Shown piece by piece: positions 13,401 to 24,700 of a stretch of 64,000 bases of DNA. Numbering within the stretch: the first letter of the stretch is position 1; the number at the start of each line of letters is the position of its first letter. A model generated the notes under the pieces. The model was not told where the DNA came from. It made no database searches and saw nothing but the letters and a program-made list of their open reading frames with translations. The position numbers and the translations under genes were made by a program. This DNA is from Gekko japonicus. Lineage: Eukaryota. The stretch spans positions 141,996-205,995 of the forward strand of contig NW_015172043.1 of assembly GCF_001447785.1 (NCBI RefSeq), in the 5' to 3' direction.

Positions 13401-16400
13401 CTAGCCTCAGTGCCTAAAGTATTCTCATCATCCCTTATCCCCTAGGTCTGGTCTATAACAGAGATATAAGAATTACTTTGGTAAGTTCTGCTCTAGTTGA
13501 TTTTTATTCCCTTATTATCCAGCAAAAAAAAAAGGTATGTTGTCATGGATTAGGGGAGGCCTTGGCTCCAATTCCTGGTCAGATGTGAGTTCTTAGGCAT
13601 TTTGCACTCTGTCTCACTTCCTCATCTGTCAAATTTGCTGCCATATAAATTTGAAAAAATATGTGAATATTTTTCCTACGTATTTCAACCGAACCACTAT
13701 GAAGAAGAAATAATTACTTACAAAATAATGTGCATGTTAAATACTACTTTGAAAAAAATGATGGCAATGCCTAGCAATGTGTGTACATTCTGGCATCATA
13801 CAAGTTTTGCATAAATACCGAAGTGGCCAGGGGATATGCAACATTCACACTTGTGAGGACAGAGCATGTGCTTTATTTTGGGTAGTGTTTCCCCCACTGT
13901 CAAGCCCTGACCTGGACAGTTCAGGCTAGCCCAATCTCATCAGAACTCAGAGCTAAGCAGGGTCAGCCTGGCTTTAGTATTTGAATGGGAGACCACCAAG
14001 AAAACCCAGGGTGACTACACAGAGGCAGGTAATGACAAACCCTTTCTGAATGTCTCTTGCCTTGAAAGCCTTATGGAGTCACCATAAGTCATCTACAAGT
14101 TGATGGCAATTAAAAATAAATAAGTATGTTTTTCTGGCATAGTTGGAAAGCCCCCTGATCATGCACTTAACTTCGTCTTTGGGTGACTCCACTTTACCGC
14201 TGTACTGATTTGATTATGAAATTCAGTATTAGAGGGGAAAAGCTGGGGACTCACAAGGAAAAATGGAGGAAGGAATTATTGGAAATTATTATCCACTACC
14301 ACCCAAATCTCCCTTTGCAGGATTCTATAAATTCTCAGAGGTTTAAGCAGGCTAATTTCCCTTTTAACTAACTCTCAATCTACTCTCAGTATTCCCTATC
14401 TTCTAGAGGACACTTGCCTAATCAGGCTGGTTCTCGGTGAATTCAAAAGAACCATGATTTACTTAGAACCTTCATTTTAATGTTAGATACTATATGAATA
14501 TTTTGAACAATACGGCACATGAAAATAGTCTCATATAAAGCTGTAATTACAGCATGCAACAGAAACAGTTGTAAAGATGAATAAAATTAAGCACAACAAA
14601 TTATAATTACACTGTGAGGGCCAGAACTACACATTACATTTTGTAATGAATTGGGTCCAAGTTTCCCGGACCTGACTTGCTTTCCATGCAGCCACAGTGA
14701 CATTTTCAACATCTGCAGAGGCTCAAGATTATGGCACAGAGGAAGGAGGGACTCCTGTCTCTCCCCCCCCCTTTCCCAAGCCAAAACCGAACAAAATGTA
14801 ACATGTCATTTGGCCCTGAGGAATTCCCAAAGCAGTTTACAGAACACATTAAACCAAAAACTTTCTAAAGTTTTATACTCTGCCTTTGAATGGATCTTCA
14901 GGGTGGCTTTACAGAGGAGTACAAGAAAGATGGCTTCAGCTGGGCCATTGTTCCTGGTTCATCTTTTAGGGGTGGAACATTTAAGAGAGATGCTGGGAAC
15001 ACTAAAACCTCCCTCCAGTCCTCATGAGTGCTGTCCACTGTTGCTGCTCTCCACATGGAGACTCCAGTGAACCCCTTTCAGGAAGTATGCTGTGAAGCAA
15101 TACCAGGTCTGTTTCCAAGGGCAGGACTTCCTTTAACTGTACACAAAAAGATAAAATGCAAAAACAGTAGTTCAGACAGAAAATGTCAGCACAGGCAACA
15201 CTTCTTAAGTTGCCTGACTTTTAAAACACTTGGTGTTATCGCTTTACCAGTCTTCTAAAAACAAAAAGAGAAGGGAATAGGCACACATTTGCCGGTGGTG
15301 GTGAACTACCAAAAAAGGCCTGTTCTGAGTAAAAAACAACCTTTTGACTAGAATGGATGGATCTCAATATAAAACTCCATCTACATAGATACTGCAAGTT
15401 TAGTTGCCAGGCTCTGTGACTGAATCTAGAAGAGGCAGAAAGTGTTGATGTCTTTTTGCGAACACTGCTGCACAGGTTTTCAAACATTTTCCTGTAACTA
15501 TGAGGATTCAACAGTCAAAGTTAATTTGCAGAAATCCAGGCAAGTTATCAAGTTCCACAGATAATTCCATGTGTGCAGAAACCTGTATAACCTACTGTGT
15601 CTGACTCTGTATTGTCATTTGTAGCACAATCACAGTTTTGTGACTTTGGACCAATCTGTGATCTTCCTGAAAAACATCCAGGCTGATGTACTGATGATCA
15701 TGTGAGTGATACACAGATATAACCAGAAGGCATTCTTTCTTGTGTGTCCCCCCCCCCCCCCCCCCCCGCACAAAAATTCTAGGTAAAAAAGCCACTGCCT
15801 CACTGTTCTGCCAGAAGAATAAGACTATATGGACATCTTTAAGGAGCACAGCTGGGGTACCTGTACCTTTAAGTGAAACATATATGGCATATATTAAATG
15901 GCTGCACAGTACAGTTGCTCTGGAGAGGCTTCTGTTCATATGACTAGCTTGTTCTTGACTGTGCAAAAAAGAACAATGCAAGCTACCCACAAGTCTAGTG
16001 AGAGCTCCAGCCAAACCCCTTTTATACTTTGCATAATCAGGGCATCCAGATAGCTTGAAAGTTGATATTTCTTTCTAGAGCACAAGATGGGATTTTTTCC
16101 AGTGAGTCTAAGGATATGCCAGTTGCGAAACCCCTGCAAGAGGCATTCAGGACCTTCCTAAAAGAGGTGAGTGCACTTGGCTAGCCCTTGCCAGAGACAT
16201 GCTTCCACTGGACTACATTTGCAGCCTTTTCTTTCATGCTGGTCCTTTAGAGTAAGGAAGCCACCTTTATCTTGCTATGCAATATACTGGGGTGGGAGGG
16301 AGAAGAGTGCTGAGAGTAGGGTTGTACACGTACCAGAAGAGTGACTGCACAGAACATAGTATTGACACAGGGTTTTGTCGGTTTTTAGGTAAGCAGATTT

Positions 16401-16859
16401 ATACCCTTTAAGCCTGCTGAAAAATGCTTTAATTTTTACTCGGGGGAGTGGGAGAAAAAAGCAAGATTCCAATGGCGGGCTGTTAGGACAAAAATATGCA
16501 AGTCTTTATTTCTGTAGTGTCCTGCATTACAGCATTAGGGTTTACTCCCTTCTGTGAAGACAGATCTGGTCCAGAATTCCTTAACCCACTGAACGGCTTC
16601 TAACCTTGCACTGTGAGATCAGTTACCCAGTCTCTCTCTACAGCCACCCTTGGTATTTTATTTAATAGCTTCTGTTAGAATGTTTCAGACACCACTTCCT
16701 CCAGTGTCTATTTCTCACTGTATTCTCCCTCACCCTTAGCGCTACCACTATGTCGATGTACCTGGGAATCACTTTGTCCATCTGAACGAGCCGGAAGTTG
16801 TAGCTGGGATCATCAGTGACTTCTTAAGTAAAGGCGAGAGTCTCAAAGCCAGTCTGTAG
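4345..16859 (+). CDS. SERHL2: Serine hydrolase-like protein 2 (alpha/beta hydrolase), spliced gene, 11 coding exons, 303 aa from ATG 4345
   Basis: Exons 4345-4492, 4583-4696, 8899-8940, 9212-9231, 9970-10044, 11130-11242, 12114-12193, 13446-13480, 15625-15701, 16079-16166, 16740-16859. All GT-AG and phase-consistent, 912 nt. Motifs LCLHGWLDNA, DFGGHGLS, nucleophile GHSLG, VPGNHFVH; synteny with RRP7A/POLDIP3. The true N-terminus may include a short upstream exon. Confidence 0.93.
4583..4696 (+). CDS. SERHL2: SERHL2 coding exon (DCYYMAVDFGGHGLSS...VVE)
   Basis: ttcag acceptor, GTGAG donor, phase 1/1. Confidence 0.92.
4735..5755 (+). mobile_element. L2-clade LINE, 5'-truncated
   Basis: RT C-terminal RLKLNPSKTE, SLGVFLD, FFHLRQI, SRLD; (TAAA)n tail. 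Confidence 0.85.
6000..6610 (-). mobile_element. Old L2-like LINE fragment
   Basis: Degenerate LVTVIHALVT; Q-N-AA-like motif. Confidence 0.5.
8899..8940 (+). CDS. SERHL2: SERHL2 coding exon with catalytic serine (ALKWNRFTLMGHSL)
   Basis: Poly-T acceptor, GTAAGT donor. Confidence 0.92.
9212..9231 (+). CDS. SERHL2: SERHL2 20-nt micro-exon (GGTVAGM)
   Basis: catacag acceptor, GTGAGT donor; required to keep frame and complete GxSxG. Confidence 0.88.
9970..10044 (+). CDS. SERHL2: SERHL2 coding exon (FSCIFPEMVDKLILVES...PK)
   Basis: cctag acceptor, GT donor, 75 nt. Confidence 0.9.
11130..11242 (+). CDS. SERHL2: SERHL2 coding exon 7 (EYERLLKPK...ALQR)
   Basis: ttgcag acceptor, GTGAGT donor; phase 0 to 2 fits neighbouring exons. 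Confidence 0.87.
12114..12193 (+). CDS. SERHL2: SERHL2 coding exon (LLKANPHLTEDSGKILLQRGTTEVPG)
   Basis: ccctag acceptor, GTAAAG donor. Confidence 0.92.
12660..13236. mobile_element. hAT-type non-autonomous element
   Basis: TIR TAGAGATGGGCA / TGCCCATCCCTA; perfect 8-bp TSD TTATGGAT. Confidence 0.85.
13446..13480 (+). CDS. SERHL2: SERHL2 coding exon (GLVYNRDIRITL)
   Basis: cctag acceptor, GTAAGT donor, 35 nt. Confidence 0.9.
13905..14122 (+). mobile_element. 5S rRNA-derived SINE (SINE3-type)
   Basis: 5S-like head (agctaagcagggtc...ttagtatttgaatgggagacc) plus non-5S body and A-rich tail. Confidence 0.7.
15625..15701 (+). CDS. SERHL2: SERHL2 coding exon (HNHSFVTLDQ...VLMI)
   Basis: ttgtag acceptor, GTGAGT donor. 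Confidence 0.88.
16079..16166 (+). CDS. SERHL2: SERHL2 coding exon (AQDGIF...FLKE)
   Basis: ttctag acceptor, GTGAGT donor. Confidence 0.87.
16740..16859 (+). CDS. SERHL2: SERHL2 last coding exon (RYHYVDVPGNHFVH...KASL*)
   Basis: cttag acceptor; catalytic His motif; TAG at 16857-59. Confidence 0.92.
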   Translation, partial: RYHYVDVPGNHFVHLNEPEVVAGIISDFLSKGESLKASL

Positions 16860-17285
16860 CCAGCATCTCCATCTTTCCCGCTGACTGCCCAGTGGATGGG
16901 TTCTTTTAGGAAGAACCATCCCTTCCTACTTCTGGAGCAAGGAACAACATTGCAGCTGAACTTCCTATAGGACTCTTCCTTTGGGGCAGAGGGATACCAA
17001 GTTGCACTGGAAACAGCTGCAGGAAGCTTGGATGTCTGTAAACGTTGTGAAGGATATGTAGCCACATCTACTGTTGCCAAGAATGTGCCTTCAAGCAGAA
17101 GTGACAATTTTGCTGGCTCTCATATACTGTTTTTGGTGAATATCTTAGCCAGCTTCTTGTTTAATTAATGCACACATGCTCCACAGGATCCCATGAGTTA
17201 CAGCTTGCTGCTATTTGTACTTTTTTGGCACAATAGGTGACTTCTGTCTGAAAGCCCCAATGTTCTAAACAGACAACAGCTGTTT

Positions 17286-17291
17286 AATAAA
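17286..17291 (+). terminator. Likely SERHL2 polyadenylation signal
   Basis: First AATAAA, about 430 nt after the stop codon. Confidence 0.6.
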
Positions 17292-18704
17292 ATGAGTATT
17301 AGCTTCTAGTGCAGTGTTAAAAATGGTTTGCCATATCTTTAGGAGGTGGTTTATCATATTCTTGGATTCACAAGAACAGCCTGTTTTTTAATATTGCTTT
17401 CTTACTCTTTTAAAAAAAATTAAGCAGTTGCTTAGTGCCTATGTCTTCAGCCATGAGAAACTGTAGGGATATCATCCATTTTGTTTTAATGTCAAATGAA
17501 AAGATGCAAGCAGGAGGGAGGGAGTCAGCTTCTATTTTCCACTACAGAACCCTACTTGGCTTCCACTACCAAGAGAACTTTCGTGTCTCCCGCGATAACA
17601 TTTAGCAAAAGAGTTGGTTGGTCATCTTTGCCTATCATGCTCAGTCTGTTCTCTCCCCTCCTGTAGCATGAGTGTCTACAAGGTTTATACAAGTGGCTGA
17701 TGGCATCTCTTCCTCACCTTTAAGTCATGTCCAAAATTTTGTGGTAGATACATCTTACATTAGAGAATCAAAAATATTCATTCTTTGTCCCAGCTGATAA
17801 TTTTACCTGGTTAATGTGTGCTCATGTACACCACCCACCCCCATCTTAGAAAGATGAAATCTTCTGCTGCAATTATCCTGAACTGCTCAAAGAAATCAGA
17901 ATACCACAAGCAGGCCTCATCTCTCCCCTTCTGGCTCATACTTTCTCCACGGGGGTGGGGGGGAGACAAATCATCCTGGAACGCTTAAAACAGCAGCACA
18001 GGCAACTCGAGGAGGAAGGGGGGCAACTAGAAAATGTACGTGCTGCCTTTCCAAAGACCTCAACCATCATTGTCAAGATTACAATTCCCCCTTTCTGTGC
18101 TATTGCAATATGTATCCTAGAAAAACCATTGTTCATTGAATATCATAGCAACAACATACTATACTACATAAAACATTTAGCATAACTGTCAGCAGGGTAG
18201 TATATAAACTGCTTTAGGTGGCTTCATAGAAGTTAGAGAAGCAACTACACTTATGCACACTGCCTGCAAGTCTGACTTGCAAATGATCCAGAATGCCGGA
18301 TACACCAGAAAAGAGACAGAGGGGGAGACAAGAATATTCTGTAGCCCACAGCAACATTAATTTATAATTTTAAACATATAGCTGTTTTATCTCACAGCTA
18401 AACACCATCAGAAATCACCATGGTACACTATTAGGTGACATCAAGTTTGTCAGGGATATCTCTGAAGCAAGGTTCACAGAGCTATCATAGGGTTGCCCAT
18501 TTGTGATCTGTAGGCATTACACAGTTTGAGCAAAGATGATTTCATGGTTGGACTCTAGAGCTGCCCACTTTATCAGTCACAGTCCAGGAGGCAGCAATGG
18601 AGAATGAGCAGATATTCAGGTTGGCTTCACAGAAGCTCCATGAAAACCTTTCTGCCTGTGAACTTCTCACTGTAGCTCCCCTTCTTTTGGGAACATCTGG
18701 AGAT

Positions 18705-18790
18705 TCAGTATGGCCGGAACTTTCGCTGTGCTCGCATGAGTGCAATTTTCTGCTTATCCTCTTCAAATTTCATCCTCAGCTGGGCTATGT
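18705..18790 (-). CDS. RRP7A: RRP7A exon 7
   Basis: HIAQLRMKFEEDKQKIALMRAQRKFRPY*. Confidence 0.95.
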
Positions 18791-21700
18791 CTGAAAGACA
18801 CAGAAAGAAGCGACTGGATCAGGCAGGAGAAGATGAGCTGCATGACAGCCCCGTGAATTTCATCTGTCAGGCATTTTAAAACCATTTTGTTCCAAAAGTA
18901 TTTTTCCTAACATGTTCAAGTGCTATACTGACTCTGTGTACTGGAATAATCCTTTCTAGCAGAACCTTTCTATTGTTCCCTATTAGAAGTGCTGTGAAAG
19001 CCCCCTTGAGGGATTCAGATTTTGTGTTCCTCCTGTAATGAAGCTTCAAATGAAACCCACCAAGAATCCAGGGCAGGTTCTACCAAGACTGGGCAAGTGG
19101 ACAGCCTGATTGGGGTAATGCTTCTGTGCTCTCACCGGCAGGTGAAACAAAAGTTTGTAGTTTTGGGGAGTGCTTATAATGTGTTAGGTTCTAACCATAT
19201 GAATGTTCAACATGATCTTTACATCCTGTATTGTATTTTCAGACAAAAGCCCATATTACACAATTTTAATAAAGGCAGAAACAAGAAACACAACAAATTA
19301 TGAGCTAAAAATCATGCCTTTATACAAAACATCCTGCAGTCTATCCACAGGATCTCAGTACGACACATTCAGAAGACAGAAGTTCTGTTTATTCAACAAC
19401 TGCTTCCATTTCTGCCAGGCTTCAAGCTGACACAGAAAAACCACATTATGAAAGCAACTCCAGTTCTATACTTCAGCTCCCTGCATTCCATCTACAACAA
19501 ATCCCATTGAACTGAGATGGATAAAAAGTTACTCACGTTCCCTCTTAGTCTCACGATGTTGCCAAGCATAGAAGTTGAGAAGCTCCTTGCGTGCTCTCTT
19601 GCGCTTCTCTCTCTCCAATGCCCGCAGGTTGGCTGCTTCTGTCCTTGGGATTCCAGGCCTTCGACCTCTCCTGGTCACCTTCACCCACCCTTCCTCATCT
19701 GGGACACCATCTTCATCCTCAGCATTTGCATCTTCCTGTGTCAGTGAAAAAAGCAAGTGAAGAAATTAGAAGACGGGGTGGGGAAGCAGTGCTTCTCCAG
19801 TTTTGGGGAAAGGATTGTTTGGATTTCACACTTCCTCCTAAACCCAGAAACACTGTTCACGATCCAGACACCATTCTACCTGAATTTCACAGCTCTTGGG
19901 TGAAGGAACCCTAGCACCAGCCCCTTTGCCATGCAAGATGGCCAGAAAAGGGCTTGATGAGGAAGGCAGAATTTTGCTACCTACCAGGTAATATAGTTCG
20001 TGTGATCTTCCAGATCTCTTAGGTCTAGATTCACCCATGTTTACCCTCTAGGTAGGAAAGACAAACACTCTACAGTAGATAATATACTGGAGAACATCCA
20101 TAGCTTAAGGGAAGCCTGTGGCACAGTTAACACAACTGTAACTCCAGCAATCCCTACCTCAGCGACCTTCTGGTCATAGGCTTGCATGAAAGCATCCACC
20201 TCTTTCTTCAACTCAGCAGGATCTATGAGTGATGCAGCGTACCCAGAAATCCATTCTGAAATGAAGAAAAATCAACAACTACCACAAACATCCTCAAAAA
20301 GTTAAGAAAAGACAGTGGAAATCCAGAAGCCCTTCATACATCCTAAACGACGGACCCAAGCGGAAGGGGTGAACTGAAGAGCTCCAGTGACTGCTACTGG
20401 TAGGAATTAAATTGCAACTTGCGTGCTGTGAATGCCTGCCTCTCCCTGCTGGTGGACAAGAACCACTAATGTTACAGGAGCCAGCATCTTGTTTCAGCTG
20501 AGCACCCAGCCAATACTTGGGCAGTTTAGCATATCCTATAGCCTGGATGGGTGTTGCACTAGCAGGCTAATGCTGCATGCATCGCAGAATTATATGCATA
20601 GGGGCCCACTTTAGACTTTGCTGGGTCTGTGCAAATTTGAACAGGTAGGTTCTTCTGTCCCACCAGCATCAGGCAATGGTATGCAGGTAGCTATTGCTTT
20701 CCATATGAAGCTGTAAGTAAGAAATTCAAAGTGACAGAACACAAACCACCCTGCCTGACTGAGTTCAGTCCTATCACTACAGCCAGGTCCATTTCCTAAC
20801 GTGCTGAGATAGCCAACTCACCCTGCAAAAGCAAGTGTGCAACAGGGAGGAGATCCTCATGTGACAGGCCATTTCTATCAACTGAAGGGACCTACACAGC
20901 CTCCTATGATTTTGAAGACACTGGATTTATTTTAAACTATAAACTTTTCCCTCAGATACTAGGTGTTCTAAAGGTAGCGAGTGCCCAGGCTTTGGGTTCA
21001 CTGCTGTGAGGTAAGTTTTGTGGTGTACAAGTAGAATCACCGAGGCAAGAGTTTAATATTAACAACAAAGAAGATTTATTTACAAGTAGGTTTTAAGGAA
21101 CAGATCTGCAGCAGAGTTCTCCAGAAAGACAAAAGAGAAACCTGGCTGAGGCACATTAATTTAGAGAGTAGTTTCAACTTTCTTTTAATACTTTCCAGCA
21201 TAAACAGGCTTTTACCGATTAACCACTAGGTTGGATCCTAGTAGCGACACCAGCCAGCCCTTTCCCAAGAGTCAGACTTAATGGCACCAGGTCTGCTCAT
21301 TGCCAGACAGGCCTAGCAACTGGGTATTCTGTTCTCTCTCAGCAGAGCTAAACCACTGTGCCACACTACCAAACAGAGCGACCTTTCACACTGTCTACTC
21401 TTTTCCTGAGCCAGACCTGAGCTCTCACTGCTCTCTCCCTGAGGCAGAACTGAACTGAACTCCTGCTGTGTTTCCCTCCAACATTCCATCCCTCTTCTCA
21501 AAGGTGATTGGATGCTGGAGCAGCACTCCCATAGGCTCAAGTGAGTGGCTGTTTTCCCCTTCAGGGGCGGGGCAGCCTTCTGTCTGTCACTTAGCCCAGA
21601 CAGGGCATCTTGGTGCTGCCTTGCTTTCCACTCAGCAGTGCAGTCTGACAGTGAAATGATGTTGGAGTAAGGGGTTTGAAACTTAATGCCCAAAGATACT

Positions 21701-24700
21701 GGGGGATGACAACCCAATGACCCCTCCCCCATCTTTTCCACAGTCCAACTACCACAGAGGTAGGGGAGAGCTCCTCTGCAAGCTGAATGTCTAGGGGGAA
21801 AGGAAGAGGAAATTAATGTGTCAACATTGAAAAATAAGCACCCAATTTGGATGGAATCAGTTACATTCCAAGGTCAACCTTCCTGCAACCAAGGAACTTA
21901 GAACAGCAGATGTGGTTTCATGTCCCATTTTATTGTGTGAGGTAGGCTAGGCTGAGAGAAAGTCACCAGTGAGCAGTGTTCCCTCTAAGCTGAGTTAGTG
22001 TGAGCTAGCGCAGTTTTTTAGCCTCCAGCTCAGACATTTTTGTCTTAGCTCAGGAAGGGATGGCTCCAGAGCAAACTAATTTATACAGTAGCCAAATCGC
22101 TCGCTCAGAACTTTAATGCCAGTAGCTCACAAAGTAGAATTTTTGCTCACAAGACTCCACAGCTTAGAGGGAGCATTGTCAGTGAGCCTCACGGCTGAAC
22201 AAGGAAATAAAACCCTGTCTCCTCCAACATTTGATGCAGCTCCCCACTTCCAATAATAGGAACAGATGCAGTTAAGAATTGAATCTGTGCATCTGAAGGC
22301 CTGAATAAGAAAGCCCAAAAGTTCTAGGCATCTGTGGGCAACTTACTGTGAATTCCAGTTTGCACAGGATGATTGACAGAAGATATCACTAGGGGCCCCT
22401 TTGTTGATAAGGACTGGGCAGCTTGTATACCAGCTGGATTCTTGAACACCACATAGGCTACCTTGAATCCCTAGAAAACAGAAAATACATTTGTCCTGTT
22501 AGCAGTCAGACCCCTCCTCTTGCCGAGAGGCAGTTTATTGGCAGAAAATCATAAACACCCTTCCTAAAATATTATCCCAAGTACCAGAAGTGCAATACAC
22601 TGCCTGGCCCAAAACTGACAGAAAATGGATTCCAGCCAGAGACAAGCCTGGCCATACCTTATAACTCTGAGAAAGAGTGGCTAATGGCCCTCTCCACACC
22701 CTAGGGAGACACATAATTTAGGAACAATGGGTCTCCCAAGAACTTATTGCCTCACATTGGACTAATCCCACCAGCCTCCAGCCTCACTTCCACTCACCTA
22801 TTTACCCTAATTAAGCAAAACTTAACACTATTCACCAAACATGGTAGCTTTTCCCCTCCAGTACTTACAGGGCCATCAAGCACCATCTTACAAGTATAGG
22901 AAATCCCATCAAGCTTCTCCCAAATCATTGTCTACCTCCTAAAAACCCATCAAGTTATTGTTTTGGGGCAAATACATCAGCCTGCCCCAGGCAGCATTTT
23001 GCCCTATATCTGGAGTACCTAGCCACCAGTGTGTGTATGTATGTGTTCTAGGACCTGTACATACACCCTGAGCTGAACATGGGCTTCGCTTCTCCGTGAA
23101 ATGCTGGTCATCTCGTTGCTGCCTCCATGGACCTCCTTCTTCAAGGCTGGTATAGTGGTTAAGAGTGCGGTCTCTAATCTGGGAGAACTGGGTTTTATTC
23201 CCCACTCCTCCACATGCAGCTGCTGGTGTGACCTTGGTTCAGTCATAAGTTCTTTCAGAGCTGTGCTCTCAAGGGCAGTTCTCCAGAGAGCTCTCTCAGT
23301 CCCACCTATCTCACAGGGTGTCTGTTGTGGGTAGGCTTACCAAACGCCGGCGGGGGAAAACTATTTCCTGGCAGGATGCGTGCCGCGGGGGACGGCTGTG
23401 CGCGCTGCACCCGCCGTCGCCAGGATGTGACGCTCCGCGTTACCCTGGCAACGGGACCCAAACAGCCCCGTTGCCAGAGTAACGCGGAGCGTCACATCCT
23501 GGCGACGGCGGGTGCAGCGCGCACAGCCGTCCCCCGCGGCACGCATCCTGCCAGGAAATAGTTTTCCCCCGCCGGCGTTTGGTAAGCCTAGTTGTGGGGA
23601 GGGGAAGGGAAAGGAACTGTAAGCCGCTCTAAGACTCCTTCAGCTACTGAAGGGTGGGGGTATAAATCCAATCTCCTCCTCCTCCTATAGCCTTCCCCGA
23701 AATTGCTTTCTCCATCTCTTCCCTGATTTCTTCTTAGTTAGCCTTGTGTGTGTTTTCAGTGTGCTTGTGTGTGTGTTTTGCTCATTCCTATTTATTTTTA
23801 ATAAAAACCTTACCAGTGGAACATCTGCCTGGTTTATTTTGAGAGTTCTCTTAAGGGAAAAATATCCATAAACATTAGTGGAGATTCTCAGTTACTCCCT
23901 CTGTCTCTTTAAGCTAATTTTCCCCAATTAAAATTAGAAGACCACCTCTTTGGGTAACAGTACAGGTTGGAAATAAAACAGGCCCATTTGCATATATCCC
24001 AAAGAATGAGAAGGGTAGGTGATGTGTACCAGTGGCACAGCATGCAGGAGGTCCCAGATTCAATCCCCAGCATTGCCAATTAAAAGCTTAGCGAAGTATG
24101 AAAAACAACAGCCCTGGGGTGCTCCCCTTCCCCAACACCCTTTTACCCACATCATTTTCTCACCACTCTCTTTCAACATGCAATCCTCCTACCAAGCTCA
24201 GTGTTCTCAATTTACCAGCAATGTCTTAGTGTTGAAGAACTTGGACTCAGGTGCTTCTGGCTTTTCTCCCAGCCTTGGCTTTTCGTACATCTCCACAGAC
24301 TGCACAGAACAGCAGCTGGAGAACAGCCTCAACAAGCATTCCTTCAAGCAAAATAAGAGTTCAGCACAATAAATGGGTATTAAAAAGCATGAGAAATTAT
24401 CCTGTAGTCAGGGTAAGACTAGCTCTCTTTCTTGGCACAGGATCCAGTTAAGGTACTCGGGAAAACAGGCACATTCCCAGCTGATTCCAGGGTAAAGTCT
24501 TCTCTCTTAATTGCTATCAGTGGCATGTTCTGCACCCTTCCTTCCCCAGCATACCAGCTGCCAAGCCACGGTGGGGGATCCGCACGTCTTCACAGGATCC
24601 CTGCCGCGGGGGACAGCGATAAGCGTTGCACCGTCGTCGCCAGGATGTAACGCTACGCACCGCTCTGGCAACGGGGCTGTTTGGCGTCCCGTTGCCAGAG

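Larger units (their letters stand above)
22497..23959 (+). mobile_element. Possible solo LTR hosting a SINE and a palindromic MITE
   Basis: TGTTAGC...GGTAACA ends, TSD GTCC/GTAC, AATAAA near 23800. Confidence 0.4.

Noticed and set aside
13905-14010. 5S rRNA gene
   Set aside because: Diverged, fused to a SINE body, and lacks the proper 3' end and terminator
14651-15070. Intronic ORF loosely resembling SERHL2 exon 10
   Set aside because: The true exon with correct phase and splice sites is 15625-15701
16859-18705. Overlapping 3'UTRs of convergent SERHL2 and RRP7A
   Set aside because: SERHL2 has an AATAAA at 17286 and the RRP7A end is not identifiable; no sequence support for overlap
23325-23561. 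Near-identical peptides on both strands (MRAAGDGCARC...)
   Set aside because: A direct consequence of the palindrome; no evidence of coding
23332-23590. Tc1/mariner MITE with TA TSD
   Set aside because: The 8-bp duplication GTTGTGGG outside the TAs and the TAGG ends fit hAT better
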